Shown here: positions 19,986-28,872 of the stretch, piece by piece
Layout: the number at the start of each line of letters is the position of its first letter
Numbering within the stretch: the first letter of the stretch is position 1
IMG/VR virus record: IMGVR_UViG_3300009285_007005
Source: an uncultured virus (IMG/VR IMGVR_UViG_3300009285_007005)
Taxonomy: Duplodnaviria; Heunggongvirae; Uroviricota; Caudoviricetes
DNA length: 64,000 nucleotides
Direction: 5' to 3' (one strand)
The notes under the pieces: model-generated
Told to the model about the DNA's origin: nothing
What the model saw: only the letters and a program-made list of their open reading frames with translations
The model's database searches: none
Translations under genes and position numbers: made by a program

Positions 19986-20294
19986 ATGGCTACTCTCGCT
20001 GGTAAAAAAGTGGTTCCGACAGGCGTGGCAACGCCTATTTCTGATTCCAGCCTCAAGGTTGTCCAAGTGACGGTTTTGAGCGATGACTGCTCCATGCCGA
20101 ATAATGGGAACACAGGTATTATCTATTTGGGCGGAGCAGGAGTCACGCCAGACGACGGCTATCCATTGCGACCTGGTTACTCGGAAACTAAGGAAAATAC
20201 GCTTCACCCAACTTACGTCAATTTGAATCAACTATACGTCATCGCTGAAGATCCGAACCAAGAAATTCGCTGGATCGCCGTCCTGGAGGACTAA
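19986..20294 (+). CDS. Small beta-strand virion protein
   Basis: '[23 protein letters not shown]', a pattern I recall from small phage structural proteins. Confidence 0.5.
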   Translation: MATLAGKKVVPTGVATPISDSSLKVVQVTVLSDDCSMPNNGNTGIIYLGGAGVTPDDGYPLRPGYSETKENTLHPTYVNLNQLYVIAEDPNQEIRWIAVLED

Positions 20295-20295
20295 A

Positions 20296-21531
20296 ATGAA
20301 ACGCCTTTCTCTTCTCGTCGCCATTCTTTTGCTCGCCTCAGTCGGCCTTGTCATCGGCGGATCGACCACAACCCCCCCGCTTTTCAACCCGGCTATTTGG
20401 AATCTCAATGAGTTTCTATCCACCGGCGCAACGAACCTCCAGGTGCCCGTGGCAAACGGTTCCGGCGGGATCGCGTGGGGAAATCAACAGCAAGGCCCTC
20501 TCGGTCCTAGCGGCCCTACAGGACCCACCGGACCTACCGGTTTGACAGGAGCGGTGGGAGCGACAGGGGCGACGGGTCCGGTGGGACCGACCGGGCCGCA
20601 AGGCGTTATCGGTTTGACAGGTCCGACCGGGCCATCTGGTCCGACCGGGCCTCAAGGCGATACCGGTCTGACCGGCGCTACCGGGCCTACGGGTCCGAGC
20701 GGCCCGAGTGGGCCGACGGGTCCGACCGGTCCTCAGGGCGATCCCGGGGCTGCGGGTGCGACGGGCGCTACAGGACCGAGCGGGCCGATAGGCTACATCG
20801 AAACATATACCACTGTGTGTGCATCCGGATGTGACTATACGACGGTCGGCGCCGCCGTTGCGGGGGCCGGGGCAAATGCTCGAATTTATGTCAAAACCGG
20901 AACGTACACGGAAGCGGCGGCGATCACTTTTCAAAATGGTCAATCCATCCACTATTCGCCATCCGGTGTCACGCTCAATATGGGTACAGACGCCGGATAC
21001 CTGGTTCCGGCTGGCGTAACGATCCATTCATTCGGGGATGTCGTCATAAACGGAATGGCTAACTATTGCTATTTTGCTATTAAAATCGAGGGGACCTATC
21101 ACGGCATAGATACCATGATTAATTTCACGCCGCGCGCTGTCACGCCGGTAGCCGGATGTCATATGGTGTGGTTCCAGGCGAATTACAGCGAGTTCAAAAT
21201 TACAGCGGAAACGGCTGCGGTGACGGTCGGAACCGATGACATGAACGCCGTACTTCTTTATGAAGCGGACCATAATTACATTGTGATCAGAAGCAAGGGT
21301 CAGACGGATGGTTCGGCGAGCGCGAGCTATGTAAACGCGGTCCACGCTGTCGGCGCCGATTACAATACCGTGGTGCTGGACGTAGTAAACACAACCACGA
21401 CGACAGGGAATCGCGGGCGGTGCGTCTATTGGGAGGCAGGAGCATACAATCAGATTAGCGGAGTCGCAAGGGATTGCGACTCGGGAAATTTTTTCGCGGC
21501 AAATAACAACGTGGCGGCTTTGCAGCAATGA
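20296..21531 (+). CDS. Signal-peptide-bearing collagen-like protein with C-terminal beta-helix (pectin-lyase-like) domain
   Basis: '[22 protein letters not shown]'; about 33 Gly-X-Y triplets; '[16 protein letters not shown]...[10 protein letters not shown]'. Confidence 0.75.
   Translation: MKRLSLLVAILLLASVGLVIGGSTTTPPLFNPAIWNLNEFLSTGATNLQVPVANGSGGIAWGNQQQGPLGPSGPTGPTGPTGLTGAVGATGATGPVGPTGPQGVIGLTGPTGPSGPTGPQGDTGLTGATGPTGPSGPSGPTGPTGPQGDPGAAGATGATGPSGPIGYIETYTTVCASGCDYTTVGAAVAGAGANARIYVKTGTYTEAAAITFQNGQSIHYSPSGVTLNMGTDAGYLVPAGVTIHSFGDVVINGMANYCYFAIKIEGTYHGIDTMINFTPRAVTPVAGCHMVWFQANYSEFKITAETAAVTVGTDDMNAVLLYEADHNYIVIRSKGQTDGSASASYVNAVHAVGADYNTVVLDVVNTTTTTGNRGRCVYWEAGAYNQISGVARDCDSGNFFAANNNVAALQQ
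20494..20793 (+). repeat. Collagen-like (GPT/GPS/GAT) coding repeat
   Basis: 300 nt of uninterrupted Gly-X-Y codons. Confidence 0.9.
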
Positions 21532-22379
21532 CGTCTCGGAACTACAGCTTCTGTCTCGCGCTCGCAGGACTCCTGGCGTGGCTGTGCCCCGTCGAATCTC
21601 ACCATTTGCGCCATCTCGTTTTCGGGCCGGATATCGGAGCGCCGTTTCATTTTCGTCTGCTTGTGCCGCAGACGTTGCTTTTCATCCTAAAGCAAACTGG
21701 ATGGTCGCTGAAAGACGTTGCCCCTGTATTTTTCGGGCTCCTGAATTTCGCTCTGCTCATCCTCTGCATGGAATTCGCTGAAAAAAAATTAAAACTGAAT
21801 CAGCCGATCCTGGCCCCATGCCTGATTTTCGTTTTGATGCTGGGCGGGAAAATGGTTTTCCCTTGGGATACGCTCGGGGCGATTTTTTTTCTAACTCTCT
21901 CCGTCGCAATATTGGATCGGAATTTCAAGCTTTGGTGGTTGCTGTTTCCGATTTCGATTCTGAATCGAGAGACGGCGATCTGCCTTATTCCGGCGGCGCT
22001 CATAATCTGGGGACGCGTCAACATCCGAAGCGCTGCGATCCATGCGATAGCCTCCGTTGCGGTGTGGTTCGCCATCAAGGGGCTACTCTTCAATGTCATG
22101 GGCGGCGCGTCGTTCGGTTGGGATAATTTGTCTCGAAACCTGGATATCTGGCCGCAAGTTTTTTTCGCCTTCAAGGGCCTCTGGGTTGTTGCTCTATTCG
22201 GAATTCTTTTGCTGGAAACCGACCTGAAAATAATCATGATAACGATTCCAGTTTACGCAACGGCCATGCTTTTTTTTGGAGCATTCGACGAGCCGCGAAT
22301 CTGGACAGACCTTTTTCCCGTCGTCCTCCCCGCGATCCTGGCGGGCCTGGGCGCGAAACCGAAAGGGGTTGAAGCATGA
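21528..22379 (+). CDS. Polytopic membrane protein, possibly a GT-C-type glycosyltransferase
   Basis: Many hydrophobic segments; 'PFHFRLLVP', 'PWDT', 'LNRET', 'EPR'. Confidence 0.5.
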   Translation: MTSRNYSFCLALAGLLAWLCPVESHHLRHLVFGPDIGAPFHFRLLVPQTLLFILKQTGWSLKDVAPVFFGLLNFALLILCMEFAEKKLKLNQPILAPCLIFVLMLGGKMVFPWDTLGAIFFLTLSVAILDRNFKLWWLLFPISILNRETAICLIPAALIIWGRVNIRSAAIHAIASVAVWFAIKGLLFNVMGGASFGWDNLSRNLDIWPQVFFAFKGLWVVALFGILLLETDLKIIMITIPVYATAMLFFGAFDEPRIWTDLFPVVLPAILAGLGAKPKGVEA

Positions 22380-22834
22380 TGGCAGGACCGCCCGTAAAAT
22401 TAATCCGCCCGGAACCGGGCTGGCTGAAAATCGCACGAGGGGAAATGGGCGAAGCGGAAGTTCCCGGCCCGGAATCGAATCCCCGAATTGCGGAATACCT
22501 GGGCACGGTTGGCATGGCGGGAGACGATGAAATCGCGTGGTGTTCCGCTTTCGTGAATTGGGTCATCACGATGGACGGGCGAGAAGGCACGAATAAGCCG
22601 AATGCCCGCTCCTGGATGAATTGGGGGCGGATGGTCAACCTCGACGACGTGCTTCCCGGCGACGTGTGCATTTTCAGCCGGGGCAACTCCTGGCAGGGAC
22701 ACGTCGCGTTTTACATGGCGCACGACGATACCGCCGTCCGTGTTCTTGGCGGCAACCAAAGCAACGCGGTTTGTCTGGCGACGTACCTGCGAAACAGATT
22801 GATCGGCATCCGAAGGCCGGCGGAGGCAACATGA
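22376..22834 (+). CDS. Endolysin, TIGR02594 / NlpC-P60(CHAP)-like
   Basis: 'SNPRIAEY', 'DDEIAWCSAFVNW', 'ARSW', 'GHVAF', 'VLGGNQSNAV'. Confidence 0.9.
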   Translation: MMAGPPVKLIRPEPGWLKIARGEMGEAEVPGPESNPRIAEYLGTVGMAGDDEIAWCSAFVNWVITMDGREGTNKPNARSWMNWGRMVNLDDVLPGDVCIFSRGNSWQGHVAFYMAHDDTAVRVLGGNQSNAVCLATYLRNRLIGIRRPAEAT

Positions 22835-23070
22835 ACATCCTCGAAATTCTCGGAAACATCGCGTCAAAGAAACTCGGCGCGGTCATCGTCATCGCAATCG
22901 CCATTTACCAGATTCCGGCAGCGGATCAACTCACGACCATTGTAAAAATTGTAGCACTGACGATCCTCGGCGTCGGCTACATCATCATGCAGGGCAAAGT
23001 CGATTCCAAGAAGGTTGAGGCGGGGTTGCCGGTTTCCGAGCCTGAGAAACCTGAGACGCCCAAGGAGTAA
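22831..23070 (+). CDS. Holin (two transmembrane helices)
   Basis: 'SKKLGAVIVIAIA', second hydrophobic helix ending 'YIIMQGKVD', charged C-tail; adjacent to the endolysin. Confidence 0.7.
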   Translation: MNILEILGNIASKKLGAVIVIAIAIYQIPAADQLTTIVKIVALTILGVGYIIMQGKVDSKKVEAGLPVSEPEKPETPKE

Positions 23071-23072
23071 TA

Positions 23073-25226
23073 ATGATCCTTCTTGATCCCCCCATCATCG
23101 CCCTGGACTGGTCCGACGACTTCTCGGACGGCGTGGTCGATTCGCGCTTTGTCGTATTTGGGGCGGGATCGGTTGTTGAGACCGGAGGCATCCTTCGTCT
23201 TTCCACGCCAGGAGTTTCCGGCATCGCCGTCTATTTCCCGGCTCACCGGAAATTCACCTGCGACATCACTCTCTCCGCCATAAATTTTCCGGCCACGCTT
23301 TTGGGATGGAGCCGCTTTGAATTCGCCTTCGGCGACGCTGAAAATCAAAATACCGACGGCCTTCAAGTCGTCACCGACAATGCACATGTGAACCCCTTTT
23401 TCCGGACGAATATCAAGCGGGGCGGGGTTACGACCACGGCCGAACACGGCGATGCAACAATTCCCCTGACGCTCCGGTACGAGCGCGACGGGGCCGATAC
23501 TTCTTTTTCTCTCATGGTCGGCGGAGTGCCCACGCTTCTCTGGTCCGCTTCCGATTTCCCCGATATCGCGGTCGTCGGGGGTTTCCTGGCTGCAACAGCC
23601 GCGCCTTCCACCGCGTCCGCCGATTTGGATGATTTTCTCTACTCGCCGACCTTTGAAATCCTTCAAGCCTCCACGCTGCTTTTCAGCCTCCATAAAACAT
23701 CCTCCATCACGCTCATCGGTGAGGGGTTCGGCGCCGGCCTTTCGGCCTCCATCGACGGTGTTGACTGCGGCATATCCTTCGAATCGGAGACGCGGATCGT
23801 CATCGCCTTGCCGGAACGGAACAGCCCCGAAAAGGAAAGCTTGCTCCTGGGCTATGAAGTCGCCGGCATTGGAACGCCGGAAACGATCCCGATCTATTAT
23901 TCCTCGTTGCTCGGCGCCTACCTCTGGTGGATGCTGCCCGATTTCCTGACGCATTACCCGATGGAGATATCCGCCTCCGGGGATCTGGCACTCACCCCCG
24001 ACGGTTTGACCTGCCTCATGCAGGACGCGGCGGACATCCTGGATACCGTGCAGGGTGACATCCCGGATCATCCCGACATCGGGGCCGGGTTGAATCAATT
24101 TCTCGGCGAATCAAGCCAGGGGCAGCCCAAGGCGCGGCTGGCCCGCCAGATCGCCGCCAGTCTGAATCGACACGGACTGACGCCGCGGATCGTGCCGGGC
24201 AAAACCAGCGTCGTCGTCACAAGTCTCGCCAGGGACAGCCTGAGCGTGACGGTGAGCGCCGTGGCCATCGACGGCACAACCCTCGTGGATCTGAATTTCG
24301 TCTATCAGTACGGCATCGACACGCTTTCCGAGATTTATGCCGATCCCCCTACGGCGACGAAGACGACGGTTCCAGCCGGACCTGACGGCTATCTCTATCC
24401 GTCTCTCGGCTGCGACCTGCTTCTGGACCGGGAAAACGGAATCACCGACCCGGCTTACGAAGACAACCTTCCGCAACGGCACATGACGGATGTGTTCGGC
24501 TGTATGTTGGATGACGTGCGCGAAAGCTACCGTGAATTCCGAAGGGACATGGCCCTGGGCGACGCCGAAACGGCCGGGCTGGACGAGATCGGGAAGAGGC
24601 GGGACCTGCAACGGCTGGCGAATGAAAGCAACGACGACTTCCGGCAGCGGATTCTCGACGAGTTCGAGAACAAGCAGCAGGACGGGACCATTGCGGGCAT
24701 CGGCTTCTTGGAATATTTCGATCCGACCACCGCTCTCCCCGCCGATCCCGATGACGGAGACAGGTATCTGTCGAACGGAACGGGCAACGGCTGGCTCGAC
24801 GGGCACTACTATGAATGGAACGGCTCTGCTTGGATTGATGTTTCCGAGACCAAAAAAGGCGGTATCGTGGGCCTCTGCAAGCTCTACGGCTTCGATTGCA
24901 CGGCCGTCGAGGGCTTCACCATCGATACGGTCGGAGAAGGCCTCCCGCCCGATTGGGATACTTCGGGGGACGAGAAAACGCCCTTCTGGGCGCAAATCTG
25001 GCTCTACCTGACGCCCACCGATATGACCTCGTGGGCGACCGCGCAGGAGTTCTTCAGCCGCGTCTGGCGAAGGAAGCGGGCCGGCCGCCGGTACGTTTAC
25101 AAGCAGATCGGGGACGGGACCACGGAAGGCCAGCGGACACGTTGCTGGGATCAAGGAACGTGGGATGAGGCTACCTGGGAAGAAAAAGAAGCTTTCACAA
25201 ACGACTTTACCTTTTGGGGAACTTAA
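23073..25226 (+). CDS. Multidomain baseplate/tail protein (beta-sandwich N-terminus, wedge-like and gpI-like domains)
   Basis: 'ISASGDLAL', 'HPDIGAGL' (gp25-like); 'LDEIGKRRDLQRLANESNDDFRQRI...GT' (gpI-like); 'PADPDDGDRYL...EWNGSAW' insert. Confidence 0.65.
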   Translation: MILLDPPIIALDWSDDFSDGVVDSRFVVFGAGSVVETGGILRLSTPGVSGIAVYFPAHRKFTCDITLSAINFPATLLGWSRFEFAFGDAENQNTDGLQVVTDNAHVNPFFRTNIKRGGVTTTAEHGDATIPLTLRYERDGADTSFSLMVGGVPTLLWSASDFPDIAVVGGFLAATAAPSTASADLDDFLYSPTFEILQASTLLFSLHKTSSITLIGEGFGAGLSASIDGVDCGISFESETRIVIALPERNSPEKESLLLGYEVAGIGTPETIPIYYSSLLGAYLWWMLPDFLTHYPMEISASGDLALTPDGLTCLMQDAADILDTVQGDIPDHPDIGAGLNQFLGESSQGQPKARLARQIAASLNRHGLTPRIVPGKTSVVVTSLARDSLSVTVSAVAIDGTTLVDLNFVYQYGIDTLSEIYADPPTATKTTVPAGPDGYLYPSLGCDLLLDRENGITDPAYEDNLPQRHMTDVFGCMLDDVRESYREFRRDMALGDAETAGLDEIGKRRDLQRLANESNDDFRQRILDEFENKQQDGTIAGIGFLEYFDPTTALPADPDDGDRYLSNGTGNGWLDGHYYEWNGSAWIDVSETKKGGIVGLCKLYGFDCTAVEGFTIDTVGEGLPPDWDTSGDEKTPFWAQIWLYLTPTDMTSWATAQEFFSRVWRRKRAGRRYVYKQIGDGTTEGQRTRCWDQGTWDEATWEEKEAFTNDFTFWGT

Positions 25227-27404
25227 ATGTCGCAGACTGTTGACACGACTTGGAAGGGCAACCTTGGCTCCAAGGCCATGAACGAGAAATTCGGCACCTT
25301 GATCTCTCACGGGAACAAGGAAGGATTCGAGTGCATCGAAGGCTCGACTCCCGATGCCGTCACGATCAAGGCGGGGAAGTTCCTGACGAAGCACGGCGAA
25401 CTGGTTACGGAGACGGCCGACAACCCGGATTATTTCGGACCGGGGGGAGTCGGCGGGGCGATCCCGGAGAATACCGATTCCTCGGCTCGGCTCGACCTCA
25501 TCGTGGTGGAATGCCAGTATGCGGAGAGTGTGCCCTTCCCGCCGGCGACCTACCATATCCTTGAGGGAGTGCCGGGAAGCCTGGTTCTTCCGACTTGCGA
25601 TGGTTATCAGACCCCGCTCGCCCTTGCGGTCATCGACGGTTCACCTGACGGAACGCCTGTAACCGCCTACAGCAAGATCGCGCCCTGGCCCAAGATGTTC
25701 TACTCGAACGTCGATTACGACTCCCTGACGGGGAAATGGAAGGTCCGGCACGGCGATTCGATGGCGTTGCGCATCATGGTCATCTCTCAGGACATGGCCG
25801 ATGTCTTCGAGGGCTGGGATGAAGGCTTGAGAGTCGAAACGGTTCCGGCCGGGACCTTGAGTGACGGCGACGAGATCACGGAAGCCGATTGGGTCTTCGC
25901 CTTCGACCTCAGCCAGATCATGACGCAGATGACGAACCACTCGTGGGAGAACATCCACGCACCCGGCGTTTACGAGGGCATGGAGGCGCACAAGACCGGC
26001 GACGACCCGACGGCCACATCCATTACAATCGAGCCCGGAGTCATTGTCACGAGGGGCTTCATCCGGGTTGCGCACCTGGTTGCCGTGGATCTCGTCATCC
26101 CGCCCAATACCGACTTGACCCGCCCACGGATCGATGCTTTCGTGGCGCGGCACGCCTATTTGGGAGAAGGACCCGCTGGCGCTCCGTCTCTTCACATCCT
26201 GGAAGGCACGCTCGGCGCCCTTCCCGTCTGGCCCAATCTCACCGATGACGACATCATGATCGGCTGGGGCGTCATCAATGCCTTCACCACGACCTACGCG
26301 GCGATCTTCCGGCCTGTCCGCACCTTCTTCCTCAACTGCACGAGCGCACGGCCGCCCGCGGCTTACAGGTCCTACCCCACCGGCATGTCCGTAAACGACT
26401 ACTGGCACGGCGTCACCATCACGGACGGCAGCATGCCGGCCTGGATTGCCGAATACACCCCCGACACCTCCGTTCCTTATCACCTGACGGCCGGATGGAA
26501 GCTCTATTACAACGCCGGGGGAGTCGCCGACGGGGCGCTGATTGCGCTCACGGAAGTCGTCGGAATCACGGAAGACGGCATTACGGAAATCGTGACGGCG
26601 CGGGGAAGCCTGAGTTCCCTCGGTGCGCGGCTGAATGTCTCGCTGGAACAGAACGGGACGCTCAAGGCCGATACGGTCGGCGTCACTCAAATCACGACGG
26701 CTGTTGCCGGTGCGGGACTCGGCGGCGGCGGAGGAGATGCGCTTTTCGTCAAGGTGGACGACGCCGAGGTCAGCCCGACCCTGGAAATCTACGCGGCCGG
26801 GATGGAAATCACGCCTGACCGTCTGCGCGTGAAGCCGAAGGGGATCGGGACAGGACAACTCGCCGACGATCTCACCATAAACAGCCTGACGGTTCCAGCC
26901 ATTGAAAAACTCACGATGGCGGCCCTGTCAGAGTTGGAAGTGAATTATCTGGCGAATTTCAAAACCGGCAGCTTCCTGCATTTAGAAAGCGGGGCCTATG
27001 CCCAAGTGCATTCCGGCGCGATTATTCAGAAAGACACGGGCGGCCGCATTCTCCTTAATGACCAGGAGGTTACAGGGACGCCGGGGGCTACAGACCTTTA
27101 CGGCGCGCAACTTTCCAGAGCGATAGCTGTGGTAACATCGCCGGACACTCTAGCCTGGGGATTAAATATTGCTTCCGTGACCCATACAGGTACGGGCTAT
27201 TACACAATACTATTTAAGAGGGCAATGATCGATTCCGATTACGGCGTATTCATTAGTGTCCTTGGTAGCGCAGGAGCAGCTCAACGGTTTACAAGTTATG
27301 TGGCTTCACCGGCGGGAATGGTCATCTACATACTTGATGAAACTGGCGCATACGTTGACAACGATTTTATCGCCGAAGCAAAGGGCGGACAACTCACAGT
27401 GTAA
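25227..27404 (+). CDS. Tail fiber / receptor-binding protein
   Basis: Two copies of a baseplate-attachment-like module; 'EIVTARGSLSSLGARL'; C-terminal 'NIASVTHTGTGYYTILF' tip. Confidence 0.75.
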   Translation: MSQTVDTTWKGNLGSKAMNEKFGTLISHGNKEGFECIEGSTPDAVTIKAGKFLTKHGELVTETADNPDYFGPGGVGGAIPENTDSSARLDLIVVECQYAESVPFPPATYHILEGVPGSLVLPTCDGYQTPLALAVIDGSPDGTPVTAYSKIAPWPKMFYSNVDYDSLTGKWKVRHGDSMALRIMVISQDMADVFEGWDEGLRVETVPAGTLSDGDEITEADWVFAFDLSQIMTQMTNHSWENIHAPGVYEGMEAHKTGDDPTATSITIEPGVIVTRGFIRVAHLVAVDLVIPPNTDLTRPRIDAFVARHAYLGEGPAGAPSLHILEGTLGALPVWPNLTDDDIMIGWGVINAFTTTYAAIFRPVRTFFLNCTSARPPAAYRSYPTGMSVNDYWHGVTITDGSMPAWIAEYTPDTSVPYHLTAGWKLYYNAGGVADGALIALTEVVGITEDGITEIVTARGSLSSLGARLNVSLEQNGTLKADTVGVTQITTAVAGAGLGGGGGDALFVKVDDAEVSPTLEIYAAGMEITPDRLRVKPKGIGTGQLADDLTINSLTVPAIEKLTMAALSELEVNYLANFKTGSFLHLESGAYAQVHSGAIIQKDTGGRILLNDQEVTGTPGATDLYGAQLSRAIAVVTSPDTLAWGLNIASVTHTGTGYYTILFKRAMIDSDYGVFISVLGSAGAAQRFTSYVASPAGMVIYILDETGAYVDNDFIAEAKGGQLTV

Positions 27405-27406
27405 TC

Positions 27407-27895
27407 TTAGAAATCGCCGCAAATCCATGCTTGTTGGGCATCGGCTTGGCAAAGCGCATAAGTCCCACCATCCACGGCCTCTGTCGCACAGACTATAAGG
27501 GCGGCATGATATCCGGCCTCGCAGGTATAAAAATCAAACTTCCAGTCCGTGCATTCATTGGCCATACCACAATCCGCTAATACTTGATTTCCGTCCCGAA
27601 GTATTGTCTCGGTGCAGACATGCCAAGTTTTCCATTCCTCGCCGAAATCCGTAGGCATCACACCGCATTCGATTTCCGGATGCTGATCGACCGGATTCTC
27701 ATACTCGCATTCCATCCAGACCTCGGCGCAGGAAGGGGCGTCCGTATCGTCGCCTCCCGTGTCATCATCGGCGTCGTCGCCTTCCGTGTCGTCGTCCAGA
27801 ACCGCATCCTCGCCCGGATCGCCCTTCTCTCCAGCCGCGCAAGCCGCCAGGGCAAGGATGACCGCCAGAATCCCGAATCCCCAAAAGCGTTTCAT
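27407..27895 (-). CDS. Lipoprotein moron with Asp-rich linker and Cys-rich domain
   Basis: Lipobox 'LALAAC'; 'DDDTEGDDADDDTGGDDTD'; about 10 further Cys. Confidence 0.75.
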   Translation of the reverse strand: MKRFWGFGILAVILALAACAAGEKGDPGEDAVLDDDTEGDDADDDTGGDDTDAPSCAEVWMECEYENPVDQHPEIECGVMPTDFGEEWKTWHVCTETILRDGNQVLADCGMANECTDWKFDFYTCEAGYHAALIVCATEAVDGGTYALCQADAQQAWICGDF

Positions 27896-28068
27896 TTTGA
27901 GCCTCCGTCTAAAATTGTTTCACATGAAACATCTTGTTTCTTTCCCATCTCGGCGACAATCAGGTCCCGGAGAACCTGGGAAATCGAACAATGCCGGGAT
28001 TTGGCCTGTTTTCGAGCCCATTCCTTCATTTCGTCGTCGAGGTGGATTTTGAGTTCTTTCTTCCTCAT
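27892..28068 (-). CDS. Ribbon-helix-helix (CopG/Arc-like) protein, 58 aa, absent from the ORF track
   Basis: MRKKELKIHLDDEMKEWARKQAKSRHCSISQVLRDLIVAEMGKKQDVSCETILDGGSK*; ATGA overlap with the lipoprotein. Confidence 0.8.
   Translation of the reverse strand: MRKKELKIHLDDEMKEWARKQAKSRHCSISQVLRDLIVAEMGKKQDVSCETILDGGSK
27916..27931. promoter_or_regulatory. parS: parS-like centromere site
   Basis: TGTTTCACATGAAACA, one mismatch from the canonical palindrome TGTTTCACGTGAAACA. Confidence 0.75.
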
Positions 28069-28103
28069 GGACCCACTGTGGACCCACTTTAGCCCCTTGT
28101 CAA
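28068..28103 (-). promoter_or_regulatory. Sigma70-type promoter for a leaderless RHH mRNA, with tandem operator repeats
   Basis: TTGACA(28103-28098)-17 bp-CACAGT, then 6 nt to ATG; AGTGGGTCCA occurs twice across the -10/+1 region. Confidence 0.6.
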
Positions 28104-28522
28104 GAACTAAATTTTAGCGACGAGAAAGAGTTTTTGGGTCGATCCATCTCCGTCCGTCTTTCATCCCATCCGCTCCCATCCGGCTTGCCCACCCTGCCAT
28201 CCATCCTCTGCCCGCTTCATCCATCCCGTCCTTTCCGGCATGGCAACCCCTGTTGGTAGATTCAGAGGGCGATTGGCAGAGCGGCGCTTCCCGGGGCCGT
28301 TGTTTTCGGCCTCGGTGCACCCTCTGCTGTCTCCCCCGCCGGTGAGTTCGTCGGTTAACGGCACGCCTCATTCGAGTTTCGGCGTTCGCCAGCTGCTTCC
28401 CGGATTACTCGCAATCCGCCCGGACGACCCCTCTAGCTTTCGCGGTAGGTCTGCGCTGTGTCCGATTCCCCTGGTAGCGCATCACTTTTCAGACAGCGCC
28501 AGCGTTATCCGTCCACGGCCTG

Positions 28523-28562
28523 AAAACGCAAAAGGCCCCTCCGGGATTGCCGGAAGGGCCTT
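28523..28562 (-). terminator. Rho-independent terminator (minus strand)
   Basis: AAGGCCCTTCCGG-CAATC-CCGGAGGGGCCTT followed by TTGCGTTTT. Confidence 0.7.
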
Positions 28563-28650
28563 GGTTCATCGGTGCGGCCTTTTGTTGCTGAGGCGCGAAG
28601 CCGCACGGAAGGGAATTTTCGAGTTTTGTCTTGCACCTCAGCATAAGCCG

Positions 28651-28679
28651 AAAATAAACAATCTCTCCAGGTTTGTCAA
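28651..28679 (-). promoter_or_regulatory. Sigma70-type promoter driving a short structured transcript
   Basis: TTGACA(28679-28674)-17 bp-TATTTT(28656-28651). Confidence 0.6.
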
Positions 28680-28700
28680 GAGAAATCTCGTCAAGAGGAA

Positions 28701-28760
28701 ATTTTCCGGTAATTTCACCGTAATTTCGGCACGTGCAGATTTTCCGGTAATTTTACCGTA
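28701..28760. repeat. 22-bp direct repeat pair with internal dyad (operator- or iteron-like)
   Basis: ATTTTCCGGTAATTTCACCGTA (28701-28722) and ATTTTCCGGTAATTTTACCGTA (28739-28760). Confidence 0.8.
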
Positions 28761-28872
28761 CAAAAGAAGGTGAACGTCTCTTTTTTCCCAACCCACCGCT
28801 CCTATCGCTTGTTGCGTCCTTTCTCTTATGCTATTCAATTAGTGGTGGTTTCACGTCTTTGGAGAGGCGCTG

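Noticed and set aside
25227..27404. Diversity-generating retroelement or invertible tail-fibre system
   Set aside because: No reverse transcriptase, no TR/VR pair differing at adenines, and no inverted fibre cassettes noticed
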